From Rhynchobatus australiae (lineage: Eukaryota): DNA of 64,000 nucleotides. Numbering within the stretch: the stretch's first letter is position 1; the number at the start of each line of letters is the position of its first letter. Position numbers and translations under genes: made by a program. Positions 54,079-64,000 of the stretch are shown one piece after another. The notes beneath the pieces are model-generated. The model ran no database searches, was not told the DNA's origin, and saw only the letters and a program-made list of their open reading frames with translations. The DNA lies in the NCBI GenBank assembly GCA_034780895.1, contig JAUZTB010000087.1:87203441-87267440 (forward strand). Reading direction: 5' to 3'.

Positions 54079-54419
54079 GGATGACGCTGAAAATAACTTG
54101 TACACAATGTACTTGGTGAAAAAAGCTGCTCAACTGCGAATGTTGTTTACTAAACGGTTGCATAGTTTGACCAGTGCCATTTTCATACTCTGGAGCTTCC
54201 TATTCCACTCCTTGGCTGCCCCTTCATCTTCCACTTCTGTAAGTTACAACTCATCAAACAGTTCAAAGTCTGTGTCCCATCTTGTACTCTCCATGTTGAC
54301 CATCACCCCTGTACTCAGTGACTTTCACCAGATTCCCATTCAGTAACATTTCAAATTTTACTTTAATATCCTTATACTTAATTCCCTTCCAGGCCCTGGC
54401 CTTTCTTGCCTCTTACCTC

Positions 54420-57400
54420 CTACCGAAAAGACAGGCAGGTGGGCAGGGGGGTGGGGTGGCTCTGCTGGTAAAAAATGACATCAAATCCTTAGCAAGAAGT
54501 GACATAGGAACAGAAGATGTAGAATCCTTGTGGGTAGAATTAAGAAACTGTAATGATAAAAAGACCCTGATGGGAATTATATACAGGCCTCCAAATAGTA
54601 GCCAGGATGTGGGGTACAAATTACAACAGGAGATGGAACAGGCATGTAAAAAGGGCAATGTTACAGTGGTCATGGGGGATTCAATATGCAGGTAGATTGG
54701 GAAAATCAGGTTGGCACTGGAACCCAAGAGAAGGAATTTGTAGAATGCCCACGAGATGGCTTTTTAGAGTAGCTTGTGGTTGAGGTCACTAGGGAAAAGG
54801 CAATTCTGGATTTGGTGTTGTGCAATGAACCAGATTTGATTAGGGAGTTTAAGGTAAAGGAACCCTCAAGAGGCAGTGATCATAATATGATAGAATTCAC
54901 CCTGCAGTTTGAGAGGGAGAAGCTAAAATCAGATGTATTGGCATTACAGCTGAGTAAAGGTAACTACAGCGGCATGAGAGAGGAGCTAGCCAAAGCTGAT
55001 AGGAAGGAGACCCCAGCGGGGATGATGGCAGAGCAGCAATGGCAGGAGTTTCTGGGAGTAATTCAGAAGACGCAGGATCAGTTCATCCCAAAGAAGCAGC
55101 AGCATTCTAAAGGGAAGATGAGGCGACTGTAGCTGACAAGGGAAGTCAAAGACAGTATAAAAGCAGAAGAGAGGGCATACAATGTTGCAAAAATTAGTGG
55201 GAAGCCAGAGGATTGGGAGCTTTTAAAAACCAACAGAAGGTAACTAAAAAAGCAATAAGGGGAGAAAAGATGAAATATGAAGGCAAGCTAGCCAATAATA
55301 TAAAAGAGGATAACAAAAGCTTTTTCAGATATATAAAGAGTAAAAGAGAGGCAAGAGTGGACATTGGACTGCTGGAAATGACACTGGAGAGATAGTAATG
55401 GGGAACAAAGAAATGGCGGACGAACTGACTAAGTATTTTGTGTCAGTCTTCACTGTGGAAGACACCAGCAACATGCCAGATATTCAAGAGAATCAGTGGG
55501 CAGAATTGAGTGTAGTTGCTATTACTAAGCAGAAGGTGCTTGGCAAGCTGAAAGGTTTGAAGGTAGGTAAGTCACCTGGACCAGATGGACTACACCCCAG
55601 GGTTCTGAAAAAAGGTAGCTGAAGAGATTGTGAAGGCATTAGTAGTGAGAGTTCAAGAATCACTAGAGTCAGGATTGGTTCCGGAGGACTGGAAAATCAC
55701 AAATGTCACTCTACTCTTTAAGAAGGTAGGGAGGCAAATGACAAGAAATTATAGGCCAGTTAGCCTGACTTTAGTGGTTGGTAAGATGTTAGAGTCCATT
55801 ATTANNNNNNNNNNNNNNNNNNNNNNNNNNNNNNNNNNNNNNNNNNNNNNNNNNNNNNNNNNNNNNNNNNNNNNNNNNNNNNNNNNNNNNNNNNNNNNNN
55901 NNNNTCTGGATTTGGTGTTGTGCAATGAACCAGATTTGATTAGGGAGTTTAAGGTAAAGGAACCTTGAGGAAGCAGTGATCATATTATAGAATTCACCCT
56001 GCAGTTTGAGAGGGAGAAGATAAAATTGGATGTATCAGCATTACAGTTGAGTAAAGGTAACTACAGAGGCATGAGAGATGAACTGGCCAAAGTTGATTGG
56101 AAGCAGACCCAAGCAGGGATGACAGTAGAGCAGCAATGCAAGGAGTTTCTGGGAGTAATTCGGAGGACACAGGATCATTTTATCCCAAAGAAGAAGAAAC
56201 GTTCTAAAGGGAAGATGAGGCAACTGTGGCTGAAGAGGAAAGTCAAAGACAGCATAAAAGCAAAAGAGAGGGCATATAATGTTGCTAAGATTAGCAGGAA
56301 GTTAGAGGATTGGGAAACTTTTAGAAACCAACAGAAAGCTACTAATAAAGCAATAAGGGGAAAAAAGATGAAATATGAAGATGCTAGCCAATAATATAAA
56401 AGAGGATACCAAAAATTTATTCAGATATAAAAAGAGTAAAAGAGAGGCAAGTGTGGACATCAGACTGCTGGAAAATGATGCAGGAGAGGTAGTAATGGGG
56501 AACAAAGAAATGGTGGATGAAATGAATAAATATTTTGTGTCAGTCTTCACTGTGGAAAACACCAGCAATGTGCCAGAAATTTGAGAGAGTCAGGGGACAG
56601 AAGTGAGTGTGGTTGCTATTACTAAGGAGAAGGTGCTTGGGAAGCTGAAAGGTCTGAAGGCAGATAAATCACCTGGACTGGATGGGCTACATCCCAGGGT
56701 TCTGAAAGAGGGAGCAGAAGAGATTGAGGAGGCATTAGAAATGATCTTTCAAGAATCACTAGTCAGGACTAGATCCAGAGATTAGAAANNNNNNNNNNTC
56801 GGTAGTGAGGAAGGCAAATTCAATGTTAACATTCATTTCGAGAGGACTAGAATATAAAAGCAAGAATGTAATGCTGAGGCTCTGTAAGACATTGATCAGA
56901 CCAAATGTCTTACAAATTTGGAGTATTGTGAACAGGTTTGGGCCCTATATCTAAGGAAGGATGTGCTGGCATTGGAGAGGGACCAGAGGTTTACAAGAAT
57001 GATCCCAGAGATGAAAGGGTTAACATAAATACGAGCATTTGATGGCTCTGGGCCTGTACTTGCTGGAGTTTAGAAGGATGAAGGGGGATGTCATGTAAAG
57101 CTTCCAAATATTGAAAGGCCTGGAATAGAGTGGATGTGGAGAGGATGTTTCCAGTAGTGGGAGAGTCTAGGACCAGAAGGCACAGCCTCAAAATAGAAGG
57201 ACGTTCCTTTAGAACCGAGATGAGGAGGAATTTCTTTAGCCAGACGGTGGTGAATCTGTGGAATTCATTGCCACAGAAGGCTGTGGAGGCCAAGTCATTG
57301 GGGATATTTAAAGTGGAGGTATTTAGGTTCTTGATGAGTAAGGGCATCAAAGGTTACAGGGAGAAGGTAGGAGAACAGGGTTGAGAGGGAATAATAAATC

Positions 57401-57475
57401 AGCCACGATTGAATGACAAAGTAGACTTGATGAGCCGAATGGCCTAATTCTGCTCCTCTGCCTTGTGGTCTAATC
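54420..57475 (+). mobile_element. CR1 LINE ORF2 (endonuclease to 3' end); two diverged overlapping segments across gaps
   Basis: GGGVALLVK...VESLWVELRN...GIIYRPPNS...VVMGD (APE). AILDLVLCNEPDLI. KSPGPDGLHPRVLK. NYRPVSLT. RRNFFSQTVVNLWNSLP. Confidence 0.94.
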
Positions 57476-57789
57476 TTATCTGGCCCCACAACTGGTTACA
57501 AACACTCTGTTTCTCTGGATCTTGGTTCTTGTGCATTACCTGCCTCCTTAGGTTGCATATTTCCTATCTGTGACTTTGGACACCCTCAATCCTGGAGTTC
57601 AATTTCCACCTAACGTGCCTCTGCCTCATTCTCCTTTGTTATGATCTTCTGTAAATCCTGGTCTGGTGAAGCTTTTGATTACCACTACGAATAAATCCTT
57701 CTTTGGTTTTGAACCTCGAAAATGTTGTCTAAAAATGAAAAACCAAATTGTGTAAATCCATCAAATCTGCACCAGAGTAAAATTTAAAG

Positions 57790-57940
57790 CTGAAAATCAA
57801 AAAAAGATTGCAGGCGCTGGAAATCTAAAAAGAAAAAAAAAACAGAAAATGCTGGAAGTACTCAGCAGGTCAGGCCGCATCTCTTGGAAGAGAAATATTG
57901 ACACTGTTTCTCTTCCCAGTATTTTCTGTTTTTATTTTAA
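57790..57940. repeat. Penelope-like palindromic short repeat
   Basis: Inverted pairs aacagaaaatgctgg/ccagtattttctgtt and ggaagagaaa/tttctcttcc. Confidence 0.6.
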
Positions 57941-60900
57941 AATATAAAACTGTTGCTTTCTCATTCTATTATCCGACCATTTTAAAATAATTCATCTGCT
58001 GTATTCCCTTTTTCCTCCGAGCTGTTGTCTATTTGCATGTTCTACCATCACAGGACACTCCCCCACACTTGTAGCTTTCCTCTTGCAATCCCACTCCTCC
58101 ACCCACCCTTCATACTTTGAAAGGTGTGCTCTGTTTCTTCTTGCTGCGCCACTTCCTCCCACTCATCTGCCCATTTCCTCTCCTGACGCTGTCTCTCACT
58201 GCCAGACTTCCTCCAGTCATGTCATACCAGACCTTGCTACTTTTCTCATTACTGAACTGTGACTGGAAGTAAAATTTCACCTGCTAGTGTAAGCATTTTC
58301 CTCTTCCCCTAAGGTGGGATACCCCCTCTGAATTAACCAGCTATGAGGCCAAAACCTAGAGCCAATGAGAAACAATAACTCTGACTTTTGATCTGCAGTG
58401 GGGCTTTTAACAAATTGACTGGAAATTCAGATTTAAAGGTGAAGATTCTCATCAATGACACCTTCTTCACGATGATGTAAATAATCAAAATGAAACATTA
58501 GAAATCAGGAACATTATTACATCTTTGATTATTCTGAAACAACAATTATCCATAAAACAAAGAAGCTACAATTATGCAGAATAAGAACTCGTCACTTTCA
58601 AATCAGATTGGAATAAGAATATCTTTCATTAAAAATCTCAACAAAAATCCATAGATTTTCCAAGTCTGATAGAATTTTCAAATAATAGAAATTTGCAGAA
58701 AGTCATATTTAAAAAGCAACTTAAAGCTCCACTGATGCTTTGGTGAGATACCGTGATGAATAATGTGAAACTTAATCACAAGGTCTAATCTCTGCTATGC
58801 TGAGTTAACCACTTTAACTACAGCATTAGTATGCCATAACATGTTAACCTGAAGTAGGAGAGCACAGAAATCAGCTGGTCTTCCGACCCTGACTGGTAGT
58901 CAATGACACTGGCTTTATGTGGCTGGGACAGGCCAAGTCAACTGATCATCAACACTCACCCACTATTGAATAGCCAACTAAAATATGTTGTCAGGAACAG
59001 CATGTGAAGAAAGGCATGCAATCACACAAATGACTTTGTTATCATTTGAGCATAAAGGGAGAAGATTCTAGCATGAACAAAATCATTTCTGAAGATCTGA
59101 TAAATGCCTTTACCAATGGTGAGTTCAGTACACTCAGCTCACAACTGCAGATGCAAATGGCTCTTACAGAGAGTGCCAGTTCCTTAAAACAGGGGTCAGG
59201 AATTAGAGAATGCTCATCCTGAAAGTGTCATATTTAAGGTAACAGAATGAGCCCATATCCAATACTTTAGCATGCACAAAAAGTCCCATTCATTGTAAAT
59301 TGATTAAAAATATTCACTCACCTTTGTTATTCTGGCCACAACTATAAGTGGGAGGAATTTGTTCATTACAATTTTGTGAAAATTGCAGTTAAATCGGCAT
59401 GTGCCTGTGTGCATGTGTGCTGCAATCTCTTCAAGGAGCAGGCAGTCTGAACACAGCATGATTCACGAGCAACCTTTGTTGATTAATTTCATTAAAACAT
59501 TCCAGATACAGTAGGGATCATATTAGAAAAGCAGAATACAACAATTTGAATGCTGTGTACATAATATTATCCCATTCATGTTCTACACTTTTTATTTGGT
59601 TCAAAAGCACAGAGTTCCATTCTACTAACGAACCATTATATAACTCAATTATGAGGTTGTTCCATAAAATGCCATCTATTTCACCGTATATGAACACACA
59701 TCTGAACTTCACTGCAGTTACTTTAAAAATGTTATTACCACAAAGTCTTATGCAGGGCTACATGGAAAGGCATGGAATGGATTTTAAAAATTACCATATT
59801 TCTTGGTGTAGCCTTTGCAGCTGAGCCTCATCAGATTCAGCTTCTGATCTAGGTGTGCAACCGTCCAAAAGCTGGTTGATTAGAACACACAAAGTGCTAT
59901 TAGACACAGCATTAAGATTATTCCCAGTTTCAACAGATTAGCACAACATGCTCGCAGGGTTTTCATACAGCTCTGTAAATAACCAGTTTGTTCAAGCCTT
60001 ACCTGCACTTCAACATGCCAGTTTGTAGGGAGTGACTTGTCAGCTCTGCAGCAAATGAGCAAGTTCAGTGACGCTGCACCCTAATGCATAGTCGCCCACC
60101 CTGGAGCCTCTGGAAAAAAAGGCTTTTGAATGCCTTATCTCCTCTATCCCAGTGGCAGTAACTGACCACCTGCTGGTAGACACAGCTAACCTATAGTGCA
60201 ACTCCCACCTCTTTGTCACATGGAAGAGTAAATTGCTGCTGCCTACACACCAGCATAGCATAATCCACCCACGCTAGCAACCTGCCTCACAGATACTGTC
60301 ACCTGACCACATTCACTCTACAGCCAGCCCACCTGCCTGTGTGCTTAGCACAAAGATCAAGGTACTTCAAGCTGCCGTATCCTTTCCTGGAGTAACTACG
60401 TAGGCTGTAATCAAAACCTATCAATAGACAAATCTAGACAGCATCCTTTGACATATATTTTAACTAACTTCAAAAGATTAACATGGTATCTGTGTATTGT
60501 AACTAAATTTCATGTAATAACTTCGAAGCTAAATTTCTGAAGAGAAAAAAAGCAGCCTTGTGTTGCTAATATTTCTGCTCCCAATCTATATTGCTCCCAA
60601 TTGTCTGTGAAGAGTGCATTAGTACTTCGTATATTTTTTTGCATGGCTACTTACACTTAACATCAGTGAGGTTAAAACATGAATATGTCTCAGTCTGTTG
60701 AGAGGCAGTTAAACAGAAAAAAATCTGATTAAATTTTTTTTTAATGTCAAATAGCAGCTCTCTCAGAACACTTAGGTAAATAAGACAGGATTTTGCAACA
60801 CGAAGACTCGAATTGAAAGCCTGTGGAAGGAACTATTTGGTTTTTAAAGAAATCAGGAAACCATATTTTTTTAAATGATTGCTTACTCTGTGAATAAAGC

Positions 60901-61777
60901 CTAAATATCTATTGCACGAGTAAGGTTGGGTGGAGGTACATNNNNNNNNNNNNNNNNNNNNNNNNNNNNNNNNNNNNNNNNNNNNNNNNNNNNNNNNNNN
61001 NNNNNNNNNNNNNNNNNNNNNNNNNNNNNNNNNNNNNNNNNNNNNNNNNNNNNNNNNNNNNNNNNNNNNNNNNNNNNNNNNNNNNNNNNNNNNNNNNNNN
61101 NNNNNNNNNNNNNNNNNNNNNNNNNNNNNNNNNNNNNNNNNNNNNNNNNNNNNNNNNNNNNNNNNNNNNNNNNNNNNNNNNNNNNNNNNNNNNNNNNNNN
61201 NNNNNNNNNNNNNNNNNNNNNNNNNNNNNNNNNNNNNNNNNNNNNNNNNNNNNNNNNNNNNNNNNNNNNNNNNNNNNNNNNNNNNNNNNNNNNNNNNNNN
61301 NNNNNNNNNNNNNNNNNNNNNNNNNNNNNNNNNNNNNNNNNNNNNNNNNNNNNNNNNNNNNNNNNNNNNNNNNNNNNNNNNNNNNNNNNNNNNNNNNNNN
61401 NNNNNNNNNNNNNNNNNNNNNNNNNNNNNNNNNNNNNNNNNNNNNNNNNNNNNNNNNNNNNNNNNNNNNNNNNNNNNNNNNNNNNNNNNNNNNNNNNNNN
61501 NNNNNNNNNNNNNNNNNNNNNNNNNNNNNNNNNNNNNNNNNNNNNNNNNNNNNNNNNNNNNNNNNNNNNNNNNNNNNNNNNNNNNNNNNNNNNNNNNNNN
61601 NNNNNNNNNNNNNNNNNNNNNNNNNNNNNNNNNNNNNNNNNNNNNNNNNNNNNNNNNNNNNNNNNNNNNNNNNNNNNNNNNNNNNNNNNNNNNNNNNNNN
61701 NNNNNNNNNNNNNNNNNNNNNNNNNNNNNNNNNNNNNNNNNNNNNNNNNNNNNNNNNNNNNNNNNNNNNNNNNNNNA

Positions 61778-62740
61778 TCATATTTGCCTCCATCACCACC
61801 CCTGGCAGCACATTTCAGGCATCCACCACTCTGTGCAAAAAAAAATTGCCTCACACATTGCCTTTGAACTTACCGCCTCTCATCTTAAATGCATGCCCTC
61901 TAGTGTTAGACATTTCGACCCTGGGATAAAGATACCAGCTATACTCTATCTATGCCTCTCATAATCTTATAACCTTCCATCAGGTCTCCCCTCAGCCTCC
62001 GCCGTTCCAGAGAAAACAACCCAAGTTTGTCCAATGTCTCCCGCTAATCCAGGCAGCATCTTGGTAAAGCTCTTCTGCAACCTCTCCAAAGCCTCCACAT
62101 CCTTCCTATGATGGGGAAACCAGAATTGAATGCAACTTTCCAGATGTGTCCTAACCAGAGTTTTATAGAGCTGCAACATAACTTCCTGACTCTTGAAATC
62201 ATTGCCTTGACTAATAAAGGCAAGCATGCCATATGCCTTCTTTACCACCCTATCAACCTCTTCAGCCACTTTCAGGGAGCTATGGACTTGAACCCCAAGA
62301 TCCCTCCATACATCAACAGTGTTCAGGGTCCTGCCATTAACAGTGTACTGTCCCATTACACTTGATCTCCCAAAGTGCAACACTTCATGCTTGGCTGGAT
62401 TAAACTCCATCTGCCATTTCTCTGCCCATATCTGCAACTGATCTATATTCCGTTGTATCCTTTGGCAATCTTCTACACTATCCACAACACCACCAACCTT
62501 CGCATCATCTGTGGACTTACTAACCCACCCATCCATGTTTTCATCCAAGTCATTTCTATATTTTTCACAAAGAGCAGAGGTCCCGGAACGGATCCCTGCA
62601 GAACACCACTAGTATAGGACCTCCAGCCAAAATAAGTCTCATCAACTACTACCCTTTGTCTCCTATGGGCAGGCCAATTCTGAGTCCAAATGGCCAGGTC
62701 ACCATGGATCCCATGCATCTTGATCTTCTGGATGAATCTC
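61778..62740 (-). mobile_element. CR1 LINE RT/3' fragment
   Basis: ORFs 61967-62748: SGVLQGSVPGPLLF, STDDAKVGG, WAEKWQMEFN, LYKTLVRTHLESCIQFW. Confidence 0.93.
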
Positions 62741-63781
62741 CGCCACACCTAAAGCAGAATTAAAAAATGAGTTTGAGTATCAAGTTGTGAACAGTCAACC
62801 CACTTAACCCGTATTTCATATTGGAAGATGAAGAATGATTTTCCTTTGGTACAAGGTAGAATTAACTGTCTGTACTAATGACATTTGAGCTCTGTGCTTC
62901 AGCCAATCAGAGAGAATGTATATGATTCAAATTCTGGAAAATACTTTGTTCTGGAAACCCATCAATGCTCTCTCATTCTGTCATGTGTGTTCCACACTGG
63001 CATGGCACCAATTTAAAACTACGATGCTGGAGTTCATCCCGTGTCTGATTGAATTTGAGCTGAACTCTTTGTCTCCTGGCTTTGGGGACCCCATCGTCAC
63101 ATGATGGTGTCTATACTGGCCACTTGCCTATATTTTGTAACATGTAATTTGGAATTACATGTGAAGAGATCAATCTCCCTGATTCACAATTATGAAACCT
63201 AGTAGAATTTAAAGTACATCTGTGCATTTTATTATTTTGAAGCTAAAGAGTTTTCACAAATATAACTAAACCCCAAGCTCTTGGAGTTTTGTAGGTCAAT
63301 TAATTTATCTGACTGGTTCCCAGAGTGGCCATGATGAATATTTCAGCTACATAACTGCAGTATTAGTCTTGAGAAGATTACATTAACAGAAACTTATTGT
63401 TCTTCTCAGAGAGATAACTGCCTTTAAGAGAATTGACTAAAAATGTTAGAAATAATTTTAGCAATGTATTGAAAGGATCAGAGCCTTTATACATGGCTTC
63501 TTGATTTACTGACTGCCACTGAAATAAAATTGTACTTTGAAGCTATTTTTTAGCCATCTTCAGTTTTTATATCAGATTTCAAGCATCTGCTCTTATTTTT
63601 TTATTTTAATTTAATGCAGTGACTAATTTTATTGATTAAAAGGAAGTGGAAATATTCAAAAAGAATCAGAACAAGGCAATATGTCTTATATTAATTGATC
63701 AAACAACGCCAGTGGGTATGAAAAATAAAGTGGGAACAATTTTAACCTAAACTGTTCAGTGGAAAGCAAATGGGGACTCAC

Positions 63782-63954
63782 TTAGAATTGCGCAGATTGT
63801 CAGCCCACCCTGGAGATGATGGTTCTTGATTGAGACCCGTCCAACTGAGTAGGTGTCAACCCCAAAACAGCCAAGGATTTTTATTGCGTATTACATGTTC
63901 ATTTAGCGTCCTGATGATGTCATTGGGATTGAACTGCAGTTTTAACTTGGTTGC
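63782..63954 (-). other. Candidate non-coding internal exon (173 nt)
   Basis: Acceptor ctcctttgtggttttctgttcAG (63955) and donor TAA|GTGAGT (63781). Stops in all three frames. Contains abutting mini-ORFs MTSSGR* and MNM*. Confidence 0.45.
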
Positions 63955-64000
63955 CTGAACAGAAAACCACAAAGGAGTATCAGAGCAAGAGAGAAATTTG

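Noticed and set aside
58780-58930. Possible LF-SINE-like ancient repeats (also ~5360-5480, 17620-17730, 18540-18760, 28820-28900)
   Set aside because: Similarity is too faint to call by eye; needs a Dfam nhmmer search.
60901-61964. 300+ aa ORFs in several frames
   Set aside because: Made of an ~836-nt N-run. The same applies to the X-rich ORFs at 29044-29724 and 49471-49973.
1-64000. Prokaryotic-type systems (CRISPR arrays, operons), tRNA or rRNA genes
   Set aside because: No regularly spaced repeats or structural RNA genes were seen. The tRNA-like boxes belong to SINE heads.

Overview
Eukaryotic genomic DNA, most likely from an elasmobranch (shark/ray), judging by its repeats: CR1 and Rex1/Babar LINEs, HE1/V-SINE-like and Deu-domain SINEs, and Penelope-like palindromic short repeats. 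It is a gapped draft assembly with about 11 N-runs. No intact protein-coding exon was found, and every long ORF is a decayed transposon or an N-run artefact. The unique sequence looks like the 5' regulatory/leader region of a minus-strand gene whose CDS lies left of position 1. It has a proximal TATA/GC/CCAAT promoter (~14600-14660), a leader exon ending at a strong donor (14067), a distal candidate first exon (~35092-35480) and a far-upstream candidate non-coding exon (63782-63954). Main observation: the two candidate first exons, 21 kb apart and otherwise dissimilar, each encode a uORF ending V-[ML]-W-[QK]-Q-A-[AV]-stop (MSETVMWQQAA* and ...DRVLWKQAV*), and a dense cassette of tiny uORFs follows in the putatively shared exon. 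From memory, this resembles the conserved Mg2+-responsive peptide uORF of PTP4A/PRL phosphatase mRNAs; that gene identity is an unverified inference. Repeat boundaries are approximate.
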